The position numbers and the translations under genes are program-made. From NCBI GenBank assembly GCA_030264375.1, contig JASCQW010000122.1, positions 23,022,517 to 23,086,516 on the forward strand: a stretch of DNA of 64,000 nucleotides, given 5' to 3'. The stretch's first letter is position 1. Each line of letters begins with the position of its first letter. The notes under the pieces were generated by a model that worked only from the letters and a program-made list of their open reading frames with translations, made no database searches and was not told the DNA's origin. Shown here in pieces: positions 49,403 through 61,500 of the stretch. Origin of the DNA: Carcharhinus longimanus (taxonomy: Eukaryota).

Positions 49403-51199
49403 AAAACTTTACTTTAACAAATGACCAAAACACTTAAATAAACACTGTTTCAAGGCAACTTATACTTCTAAACTACAGAAAGATACACTCTTGATTTATA
49501 CTTACTACACATTGCACTCTTCATGCATTAATCCACAGTTGCTCCCAGTTTCCAATAGGTTTTCATTTCCTTGTTTCATTGAATAGCAACTTTGAGTGAC
49601 TGGCTCCCAGCCCTTCTCTTAGCTTCGAAGGTTTTCTAAATCAACTACTAGCATTAAAGCCTGTCCTGATCATTGTCCCCCTCTGGCCATGACAGGACAA
49701 GTCTCCAAGAATCCTTAGATGACTACAGGAGGCCTTCCTTTCACTAGCAATCATTATTATGGACACAGAGATATGGGATAATTTTCTCCTTTTTTCATAT
49801 CTTGACTCATTGCCAAGTGTTGAGATTTTAAATAACAGATACAAGCAGATATACACACAAGAATGACTTCTGAAGCTGTAACATGTACTTAAATTACTAG
49901 ATGGGTAAAAGCAAAACAAGTCACTTCTTTACACAGCCCTTAAGATGGTGAGTGAAATGTTAGAGGCCTGGAGGACCCTCTCACAATTCACTGATTACGT
50001 TTGAAGTTTCTGGCTTTTCAGTCGAAGTTGTGGTTGAGCCTGCTGTGAAAAAATATAACTTGTAGATAACAAATTAGCCCCGCTTCTCTACATAACATGA
50101 TTTTCAGGCAGGGTCCTATCTGTGATGGGCGAGAGGTGGTTTCTGTTTAGTCTCCATATCCCAGTCCAACTCTTTGGGCTGCCCATGTAAACTAACAAAA
50201 TATTGACTTGCTCTCCAGCCAGCTTCAGTCATGTGACGACAGTATTAATGTATTCTACTGTCCACACAACAATTTGATAGCAGTTGTAATTGACATACAA
50301 TGGGAAAAGAATGATATACCATAAACAATTCAGCCATCATTAGTCTCAGAAATGTCATTATTTGAAACACCATCTTCGTTGGGCCAACTGTCTGGCAATA
50401 ATTGTCATTCTAAGCCTCTTTCATTGAAATAGTAAGGGGCAGTAAATCAGCACCTGGGAAGGCAATTTGCATTTTAAATAACTTCTCAGAGATAACTTCC
50501 CAGATACATCTTTGTCTCTATACAGAAACTGCAAAATAAGTCATCGGTCTCCCTTAGGTCCATTTTGTGAAAGTATAGTGTGCTCATATCCCATGTTTCT
50601 TTTTGTAAAACTTAAAATGTATATCTCATAATATGCTCTATGGGCACATGACATGACCGTAACACTATCTTCCTTCCATTCCAGGCTGTGGTAGTTCATA
50701 AAGCCAGGCAGCCTCTTCACTCCGCTGACTAAATGAAAATCTGCTGCCTGTCACCGAATTCTAGGGAAGCCTGTAACCCAATCTCAAAAATAGCTTCCAC
50801 TGTCCTTCTCTCCATAGCAATCTGAAACACTTGCATCTGGGTGGAAATGTTGATTAGCTCTTCTTGTTGCTAATTCTCTTTCATCTGATCAGTAAATGAA
50901 CAGTATAAAGTTCAACCATTTGCAATGCAATACCTTCAACACCTTTCTTAGACTTTAGGAGATGCGAGTGTCTCCCTACTGTGAACTCAGAAATTGCTGC
51001 CATTATCTCCAACCATGAAACCCAGTAACACAAATCAGGTCTTTCCCTTAATCTTTAACCACCCAAGCCTATTGTCAAGCAGAACAGCTCCCTCTCCTTT
51101 TCACCTTAGATTTAAAGTCACAGTCCCAAAACATAATCTTGTAAACCACAGAATTGAAACATATTCCTTCAATGTTACACTGACGTTTAGCCTTGACTT

Positions 51200-51282
51200 C
51201 TGTGCTTAATAAGTCCTGGGGTCGGACTTGAATCCACAACCTTCCAACTCGGAGGCAGGAATGCTACCAACTGAGCCATGCT
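51200..51282 (-). mobile_element. tRNA-derived SINE head fragment
   Basis: ggacttgaatccacaaccttccaactcggaggcaggaatgctaccaactgagcca; the rc carries an A box (tggctcagttggtagc) and a B box (gattcaagtcc). Confidence 0.7.
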
Positions 51283-51390
51283 TGAAAATATTCAAATCCC
51301 AAACCTTAACAATACAATTCTATAAAGCTGCACCAAAATCCAGTCCTGAATACACCAGCAAAATCAAGTTAAAAGTAGAATTACTCAGCA

Positions 51391-51800
51391 CAGGGGATAT
51401 CATAGGAACTTACAAAATTCTAATAGGATTAGACAGGGTAGATTCAGAAAGAATGTTCCCGATGGTAGGGGAGTCCAGACTAGGGGATCATAGATTGAGG
51501 ATGAGGTAAACCTTTTAGGACTGAGATGAGGAGAAGTTTTGTCGCCGAGTCAATGGTGAATGTGTGGAAATCACTAGCACAGAAAGTAGTTGAGGTCAAA
51601 ACAGTGTGTGATTTCAAGAAGAAATTAAATATAGCTCTTGGGGCTAAAGGGATCGAGAGAAATGGGAATGGGGGGGTTGGGGGTTTATGGTCAGGATACT
51701 GAATTTGATAATCAGCCATGATCAAAATGTATAGTGGAGCAGGCTCAAAAAGGACCGAATGGCCTACATTTGCTTCGATTTTCTATGTCTCTACGTTTTC
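51391..51800 (+). mobile_element. CR1 3' end
   Basis: Encodes GDIIGTYKILIGLDRVDSERMFPMVGESR. Tail ggagcaggctcaaaaaggaccgaatggcctac...ttctatgtctcta. Confidence 0.9.
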
Positions 51801-52525
51801 CTATTTCATTAAAGAATGTATTTGCAATGGTTAAAAGAATTGTGAATGCTTAAAAACTAACCACTTCAAAATGAAAGGTGAATCTTTAGTTGGAGGGGGG
51901 GTGGGGGTGGACACAAGAGGGGTAAGGCTCAATAGTCTATCTCTACGTCAGTTTCAGCAGTACCTGCCCGCATCTGCACCCCCCCTTCCCCCAATCAAGC
52001 CGTCAACTTGAATGTTGAACTTCACAGTACTGGCTGGCTTTCTCTCCAATCCTTTTGATGTTACCTCCAAAGCTAGAGATCAAAGCAGCAGAGTGCGGTG
52101 TGGGGAAGTCCCAGGCTCTTAGGCTGCCAGCCTGTGATATATGTAAAAACCGAAGCCAAAAAGGGAAGGCTTGAAGAGAGAAGTGTTGAAACAGTCCAGT
52201 CTAGTCAGAGATTGAATCAAAAGGGGAGAAATAAAATTAAACAAATCTTAATGCTTTTGCTCTAAACCAATTTTGAACCAACTGCAGTAATAATTTTACC
52301 ACGCAGATTTTAAATTTCAAACATGTTTGGCTCTGATAAACATAAACATTTATTTTGCTTTGTCTGCCCTCCCCCAACACACCTATACACGGAGGACGGG
52401 TGGTTTGCTATTAATGTACAGCTCGGTAAACTTGCAAAGTCTTCTTTCTGTAATTAGTCATAATATATATTCTTGCAAGAATGTGGTTTGTGAAAGCATA
52501 GTTTCACTATCTGTCAACTGTTTAA

Positions 52526-52544
52526 GTGTGTGTGTGTGTGTGTG
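52526..52544. repeat. (GT)n microsatellite followed by a G-rich tract
   Basis: gtgtgtgtgtgtgtgtgtg then ggggggggtggggtgggagg. Confidence 0.9.
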
Positions 52545-52801
52545 CGCATGTGTTGGGGGGGGTGGGGTGGGAGGTGTGGTGTGCAATGACAAACAGTGCA
52601 GTTAAGTCTCCCACACCACCAAAGAGATCATCCTCCGTCCAATATTATCGAACATTCTACGCTACAATAGTCAAGAGTGCTTGTAAAAATCATTCCTTGG
52701 GATTTTAGGTTAATAGACCCTTACCCTAATGATTGTTGCTTCTACAGTGCGATTTAAACAATGATATTATTTGCATCAGCTGCATCCAAGTCCATGTGAC
52801 T

Positions 52802-53220
52802 GTAAGACATAGGAGCAAAGGGAAGCCATTCAGCCCACCGAGTCAGCTCTGCCATTCAATGAGATTATAACTGATCTGATGTGACAATCCTCACTCCACT
52901 TTCCTACCTTACCCCCATAATCCTTGATTCCCTTCTAATTAAAAATCTGTTTATCTCAGCCTCGGAAATATTTAAAAATGCAACCTCCACAGCCCTCTGC
53001 AGGAAAGAATTCCACAGATTCATCACCCTCAGACAAGAAATTCCTCCTCATCTCCATCTTAATTGAGTAACCTATTACTCTAAGAGTATGCCCTCTGATC
53101 CTAGACTTCTCCACAGGAGAAACAAGCTCTCAGCCACTTCCTTGTCAAGCTCCCTGAAAATCTTATATGCCTCAATGTGGTCACCTCGCATTTGCCCAAA
53201 CTGAAACGAGTACAGGCCCT
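52802..53220 (-). mobile_element. CR1 3' end
   Basis: taagacataggagcaaagggaagccattcagccc tail; aaagaattccacagattcatcaccctc (rc RV.NLWNS); same subfamily as the 44920 copy. Confidence 0.88.
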
Positions 53221-56200
53221 CTCTAGTATAACATGACAAATCTAGTCATTTTGGTGATGAGGCAAGTAGGGTAAATAAATGGTGTTGAAAAACAACTCAT
53301 GAAAAATGTAAGGACCAACAGTTTAATGTTACATAGATGTAACGTGAACACATTCTCCCTTGAGGTTATCGACCTAACACTTTTTACTGCAGAAAGTGTT
53401 AACTTAGTTGAAGAAAACGAAGATCAATCTTTTTTTAAAAAAATGACCTCTCTAGTAGATCAGACATTGACAGCATTGACAAGAAAACAAATTCCCTTTT
53501 TAAAAAATGGAAAGGAAGTAAACGGGGAACCAAATTCCGACAGGTTTACATGAAACAATCCACTATGAAAACCACGAGAATATACAAACATTGTATCCAC
53601 TCAGATGTGACCAAATCCAACGTGCAGCTGAATTAAACCTTCAGTATATCTTCTCCAAATGTTTTACCTGGCCAAGATTGTGGCAACACAGCTCAAAGTG
53701 TGCAGATACTATCTTCTAGGAAGTTCAGGCAACTTCATGTTTAACACACACTCTTGGCTGAGGCAAATAAATATTGAATAACATTGACTAGATTGTCAAC
53801 ACCAAAAAGCACTATTGGACAGAGACAACCTTAACTATGTGAATGAATTTTAATTTGAATGGAATTTCATATCTACTGTAAAATGAGGACTACTGCTTAC
53901 TGGAAAGCACATTTACAACTGCAAATCACCAGAGAAGGAGTGGACAAAACGGTTATCCCATTGCTGACCACTGGGACTAACTGGATTCTTTTAGAGCCTG
54001 CAGGGATTCCATGAGCCAAATGGCCTCCTTCCATGCCATTCTGCCTCTGTGACACTGTTCACTGCCCAAGCTCCCTCAAAAGATACCAGAGGAGAAGCAG
54101 TATCCAGAGACGGTAAGAACATGTGAACTGATACAATCAGGAAGAAGAAATAAAAAATCTGTCTTATACAATCTACAGTAATGAAATGGCATTAAAAAAA
54201 AGGGATAGCGCCATTCAATCAGCTCTGCTTGCAATGTCTGAGTCAATTAGTAAGTTTAGAATACTCTATGTTCCAAGAAGTTGCAAAATTGATCAAAATC
54301 AGCATGTAACAACAAATGTCCTTCAATTGAACATCAAAAAAGCTTTCTTAAAAAAACTGTAGTCAAAGTGCAAAAAGCCCAAGACATTGGAGTAACGTTT
54401 AGGATATGAGCACAAAACAAACAAACAAACAAACAGCACATGTTGTGTAAATACCATTCATGGAAACATTGTACACCAGACCACCATGCCTGGTTTCTAT
54501 TCCCACCAAGGAGGCTGCTTTGCTGTTAATTTTTTTTCCTTCCACTTCCACTATTACAATGTTTGGACTCTCTCTTCTCATTTTACGTAACGTTCCTAAA
54601 ATGACCCAGATGTCATCAGGAGCCTGCTCTCCTTTAAATGGAGTCTTTAGACGGATGTGCATTTTGGACCTCTTAACTTGCAAGCTATTTGGCACATTTT
54701 CCTTCCTCAGAGACACAGACACGCATGTGCATCATTCCTTGGTGCTATGTGTTACAGCATTCCCAAATACTACTCTTCAAGGAAGGTATTGCTCGAGATC
54801 AATGAAACATTAGTAACACTGATCTGACATACCTTTCAGAGACTAAAATNNNNNNNNNNACTATGACTTAAATGTGGAGTGAAGCTGTTTGGCTGATGGA
54901 TTGGCTCAATGAATAACAAAATACTGTCTGCTGACCAAACGGCTCCCATCACCAAAGGTCAGAGGCATTGTATTGACCATGAAAAAGGGAAAGGGTGACA
55001 ATAAAATCTCCTGACAATGTCAAAACCTAGATATCAACAAGATAATTTAAGAACTACAAAAAATAGAAGTGGCACATGTATGTGGCAAGAAAGAGGAAAT
55101 TAAAACACATTGAAAAGCTAAATCAAAACAAGGTGAGCATTTTGAATTCTAAGTGTAATTTATTTTCAGAATGCAATAAGTTGTTTTTTAAATGAATGGT
55201 TCATTCGTTTTTATATATTGAACCATGTTTTAGGAATTGAAACGTTCAGTAGTTTTAACACTAGTCGGTAATATTTCCCATCAAAAGCGCAGTTCCAAAA
55301 AATTCCAACTGAAGAGTCTGGAATTGGGGGTTGGTATGCCAAGGAAGATAATGTTCCACTCCATACCACAGCTCACCTCAATGTCCCCTGATGGTCATTG
55401 CTACATCCTGTAAAGGCATTGTGGTCGTCTGCAGAATTCCATGCTTGAAATGGGTTTTGTGTTCTCAGTTCACCAGTTCTGCTCCTGGATAGACTTACTT
55501 TTATTTCCAGTACAGCTCTATTCCTGGGCTGGCCGAGTGTTTCTCAGCACACCAACCCCAGGAGATTTCTAATTACCAGCTGTCCACCTATAGTCTTCTC
55601 AACGATGTGCAATACCAGTTATCTTTTAAGAAAGATCCCAATCAGAACCCAGAAAGATATTTAAAAGCAAGGAGGTGATTATCAAAGATCGGATCACAGG
55701 AGTCAATTTGGCACGTTTCAAATCTGAATATTCATGAACGGCTCTGTAGGATTTGTGCTACCAACCAGCCATTGCTCCAAATATTTATTTCTACAAGTCA
55801 AATAGTCAAAGTACTATCGCCTCACTTGCATGCACAACTACCAAACTGAAAGATAATGTAAAGAAAGGATTTCAAAAATTTATTTTAGGAAATACACAAT
55901 TCAAGGAGCCTCAAGTCCTCACCTTCCCCCATCGATTTCCCTTTCCATTTGACCACTACTCTGCTTTTCCCAGATCCTACAGAATTACGTAGTGACTTAT
56001 TTTTGCTAAGGCATATTGTCTGGCCTTTCTAGAATCTATTTAGAAGTTACATTCCATATTGCTGCTGCGGCTGTCAAAAATTATCCCAGTGGATCTGTAG
56101 CCTGTAATCTGTCTTGTACCAATAACCCAATTAGTGCAGCTGATTAATTTGAAGGCAAATGGCTTTATGCTCTTCTGAAGGTCTATTTGCCGATTCTCTA

Positions 56201-58476
56201 CAAATAGATTTTGCCTCCCAAATACAAGGCTCTACCCAACTCACTACACTGCAGGTGTTGGTCATTATTAGTGAGAGCTCTCATAGAATCCTTACAGCAC
56301 AGAAGGAGGCCACTCGTCCCCTCCTGTCATTTGTTACAAAGGAAGGTTTTCCATTGCAAAAGTCTGCACAAACCACAGTTCCTTCTGCCTGGTCTACAGA
56401 AGAGTGAGAAATCATGCTCTAGGAGCATATTAAAAAGGCACATGCTGTACCTGCGACCTCCATAAACAGATCACTAACAGAAATATAAAAATTCCATTTT
56501 TGTTGCATAAGTCAGGTTTACCGCATTTTCAAATTGCAAATACACATGAAATAAAACTTCCATTTAAAAAAAATCACTCTTCTGCTTCAAAATGTCCTGA
56601 TCTGATACTAACTAGCAGGCACAAAAGGAAACAGGAAATTACATTCAAAATGCTCAGTCCTTGAATTTTTAATAATTCTCCACTAACTGAAAAAGAAATC
56701 AGAAAAGTCAACAGCAAATGTTGATTGGCTAGTAAAAGTGTGAAGAAATGGACGAAGAAAAACATTAGTTCTGGAACCAAAGTACTAACCTAATTTCCTG
56801 TTAGTCTGCCAGTCTGACAGCCATTTTCATTAGCACAAAGCCAGTATTTAGTATAGGAGATTTAGAGTTACTGGTTATCCAACCAGAAGGCCCTAGCTGT
56901 TAAAAGATGGCACATTAATTTATCAAAATAACCTATATTCAAAATTCTGATTAAACAAACAACAGGCCTGGGTATCTTAACCCAAACAGCCCCTTCTGTA
57001 CTTTGGAATGCGGTTATATATTTTTAAAAACTGAATTTAGAAATAAATTTAAAAATTCATAAATGACCAACATGTCTTTCAGTAATGCACCAATCTTAAT
57101 GTAACCATCTTTACTACATTCTGCGAAACTTCACTCAGCAATCTAACAATCACAACTGAACCTCCTGTTTGAGAGATTGAGAGTCTGTTTTGTTACTGGA
57201 AATCAACAAGTTGAATCTCGTCAGAGCAGTTTGGTAGCAAACTCACGCTACTGACATGTTAGGAGGGGGCTCATTGGAGCTTTACTTTGAAAGAGCTTAA
57301 TTGATCTTTTTGATAGACTCAAAATAAATCAAACCAGATTGATTCACATGAGAACGAAACCTAATCCCACAGTCAGATCCATGTGAACAGAAACCAAAAC
57401 AGCAGTTAATTTGGGCTTTATAACATGAAGCATGAGAAATCCCAACTGATGTACAGGACAGCACGGCTTTAGGTAATATCTGCAATAATGAATCTACTTG
57501 TGAGAATTCACAAATCTAATGAAAAATGAAAGAACAAAATTTAAGATGGACGCACATTTTTGGCAAATAAGGTCAATATCAAACACAATCTAACATCCAA
57601 CATCAGCTCTCCCCCCATCTCGTTCCAGTCGTTCACCAAGTTACTAGCACTTAGCCATCAAGAGGTTAAGTCTTTGGAATCAATAAAGATTTGGCTATCT
57701 CAATTCAGCCAGCAAGCAGACCACTAGGTGGCTATCAGGAAAAAACATCTATTCAAAGCCACAGCGGAAGGAAAGGTTTCTCAACTCATTATCTGAATGC
57801 GCAACCTCAACATGCTGAACTGCTGCACTAAAAGGTTTGCATTAAGGCCCAAGTGAAAATTTCCTTTATTTCTAGGATATCTCCACAGAATTGCACTGTT
57901 GACCATAGTAGCTCACAGCAACAAGAATGAATTTTTCCATTCATTGCTAGAAATCAAGTAATTTAATGAAGCACAACTGGTGTTGATTAAAAATTCATCC
58001 AGATTATGCTGAAGTTTAATTTCAGATTAATGGAGCCTTGCAATAGATTTTCCAAGAATGGAATTCCAGGAAATTCAAAGTTTCAAAATTCCCACACACG
58101 TCAGTTTAGGATGATACATTCTTGGAAACACCAAATTATAGACACAAATTATGGTTATAATGTAAATCCAGACTGCAGAAACTGGTATCCCTCACAGAGG
58201 CCACTCATGGTGAAATTCACAGCATTGCCTTCAAACAGAACAAGCAGTATCTCCAGCATTGAACACTCACTGTTTGCAGACTCTCCTTGTCCGGAGTGAG
58301 CTGCTAATGGCTAGATGGCAAATATCTCTTGGTTTGAATCTGTGCCAGTTAGATCACCAACTACCAAGATTCAAACTCTTTCTGTGTCGCTATGATAAAA
58401 ACAGGCAATAGCAACAGAATGTGCAAAGATTATTAACTCTTCCGGTGCCATTCCACTTAAAAAAAACACTATAAAT

Positions 58477-58570
58477 ATGATTTAATTTATTATTGTCACA
58501 TGTATTAGTATACAGTGAAAAATATTATTTCTTGCATGCTATACAAACAAAGCATACACTATGAACACTA
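58477..58570 (-). mobile_element. Rex1 3' tail fragment
   Basis: atttattattgtcacatgtattagtatacagtgaaaaatattatttcttgcatgctatacaaacaaagcatac is the rc of 18245-18320. Confidence 0.8.
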
Positions 58571-61500
58571 CAGGCAAAATAAAGATCATCCTAATATTTA
58601 TAAAAGTAGCTTTATAAATTTAAATCCTGCAACTGTACTTGGCCATGGTAATGAAATCATATGTAACTGCTTAGTTTGTTTTACAAAGTATAGCCCTTTA
58701 GGAGTGTTATGAGTCTTACCCAAAGCTTCCTTCAACAAACCACTTCCATTAGCTCCCTTCAATTATTTGACATAAACCATTGCACCCTGCAGCAAACAGC
58801 CTGGAGAAAAGTCCAAATTATGTTTAACAATGAGCAGGAATGTGCATTAAATTTTATAACAACCTTTACATAGGAGTACCAGTAATGCCACATTGTCTAT
58901 CGGACACACTCCCAGGGCTCAATCTAGCCTCACAAATACCAAAGGGAATGCACATACAACCACTAAGCTATGAAGCTCAGGTTGCCAATAACCTCTGTAA
59001 ACAATTAGGGAAAGGGTTCACAATTTACGAGGCCTCAGGTCCCCAGCAACAATTCATAAATCACAATAAATCATAATCTGGTCCAGATTGCCCCTGCCGT
59101 CTTGCCAAGAGCTATGAAGTAAATAAGATCATCCTGCGCCAGCCTGAAACAGAGCAAGGATCTCGACAATGAACCGGGACACAACATTAACTTGAGCACA
59201 GGACTGGAAAACCAAATAAGCAAATACAAATGAAATCAGCCGTTACCTTTTTCTTAACTAAAACTTCCAACCCGCCACAGACACCGAGCAGGACTGAAAG
59301 TGATAGCATTGCAATCACAAACTACAATGCCAAGATTTATTTTGTCCCTTTTTTAAAAATAGAAGTACCTGCTCTCACACATACAAACTTTTAAATAAAC
59401 TTACAACATCTCACAGCACTCTGAATACCAAAGTGAAAAACAAAACTTCCTTTGTGGTAAGAATACCTTATAAATCCAACACTAACATTTAATCAAATGA
59501 CTATCTGTCAAGGTTTACAATTAGCAAATCGTTTCGTTCCATGAAAGATTACAAAAACCAAGGGCTTCATGATAGGACCAGAGACTTTCTTACAAAATGT
59601 GACACAAATTGTTATCTTTCACAACATTTGAATCATTATTCCGCTCTTTCATTAACTCTAACTTATATTTCTCAAAGAAAAATACCCAAATAGATTCTGT
59701 TCAAAAAAAAAAGTTATTCTGCATTGGTTAAAAAAAAAACTCAAATGACTTTCTAAAATGACAGAAAAATCATAAGTTCCCAACTTATGGTCAGCTCACA
59801 TCACAGTGCGAAAAATGACACGTCAGGAATGTTACCCATCACTACTGCCAATGTAAACACTGCCACACAAATATTCCGGGATCTTACGCAAACTAGAGAT
59901 TAACTGACAAGTATAGACAAACTGATGTTCAAGGTAGGAGCTCCTGCAATAGGCATTTCCTACAAATATAGCAATAATATCACTGCGAGAAAACATTAAT
60001 GCACAGTACAATTACCATACTGCTGGAATGCACATCCTTTTCCAAAAAGCTACAGCTTTGTCCTGAAAACTCTGGCTTTTTTTTCCCCCAGTTAAGACGC
60101 ACAAAAGCACTTACCAATGCTTGCAAAATTCAAAAGCAGTTAAACTTGGAAGCTAAAAACTTAAAAAAGCCCAAGCACATTAAGGGGTTAGATCCAATTT
60201 AAAGAAGAAATATTCTATAGATGTGGAACTAAGTGAACACACTCAGAGCCTTTTTTTAAAAAAGAAAATGAAGCCACTGACAGCATTTCCTGGACATTAC
60301 ATCCACAATTTCTCCCAGCACTTTCCGCGGGTTTTCCTTGTTTGACAGGCCAGTGAGACAAATTTTAGCAGTAGCCGACTCACCAAAGTTTTGATTCAAC
60401 AAATAAATAAAATTCAAATGGAGCGACGATAAGACACAAAATAAGCTTTAAGTTAGAGGCAGCTCAGTTCCAACACTTCCACCAGAAAAAAAATTCAAAA
60501 CAAAAAGCGTCAGATCAACAAACATAAAAACACTTTTTTCTTGCCGTACCCTTTATTCCACAAAACACTTTAAAGTACTTGTGGAACAGAATATATCAAG
60601 AAATGCTGAAAAAGCACAAAATAGGATGCTCAACTTAATGCCTTTTTTAAAAAGTGCAAAATGTGGAAATCTCGAGGCACAAATTATATTTTAGATAATA
60701 AAATTATACATTACAACACTTATCAGGACAGCTCAGTAGAAATATCATGAATTGATGTGGCCCCATGTTATTGATGCACTGACCCCATTATCATGCGGTG
60801 ACAGTTTTGGTTTGAACTCGTCACATCACACCTTCCTTAAGAAAGCCAACTGAAAACAGGAGAGCAAAATAAAACTGCAAAGGCGGGGTGCTTAGGAACT
60901 TCGAGTGGTCACAACTTGTATTAAAAAAAACCACATTAATGAAGGACCCAACCATATAATCAAGATCAACAGACTACACTTAACAATCAAAACCACAAAC
61001 CAAGCCTCTAGTCATAGCCAGTTCACATGATTTCTAACACTCAGATAAAAAGCCACGTAGGCTGAGGCTACGGCAGTCATGAATTGAGTAATTTGAATTC
61101 AGAAACCTGCACATTTTAGATGTGTGGTTTCAAACTGCAAACCAATTCTTCTTTTGGTCAAACCACTTATTTTTCAAATTTGCATACTGGGTTAATCACT
61201 CCCGTGACATATTCCTAAACGGTGCAGATTTTGTTTCAAACAATAATTCTGTTATTTAACTCTTTTAATGGATCACAGGAGTATTTCACCATTTGACTTA
61301 AGTAAGGATTTGAATTTTTTTTGCAAGTGTGTTGTGTGTAAAGGACAACTCTCGCTGTTCATAGAAGTGGAAACAACAATGAGCATTCCAATTTAAATCT
61401 AGCAACCAAATATATACAGAAACAAATTCAGCTAGAAAGATTACGATGTATTGCACAGTAAACTGTACCATTGACAAGGCAAAAAAAAATGCATTGTTGA

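Noticed and set aside
53299-54813. ORFs of 84-117 aa at 53299, 54399 and 54460
   Set aside because: No recognisable domain or splice context. ORFs of this length are expected by chance.
59241-59305. Possible minus-strand exon ttcag|...AAG|gtaacg
   Set aside because: 47 nt, frame-shifting, short pyrimidine tract; a typical pseudo-exon.
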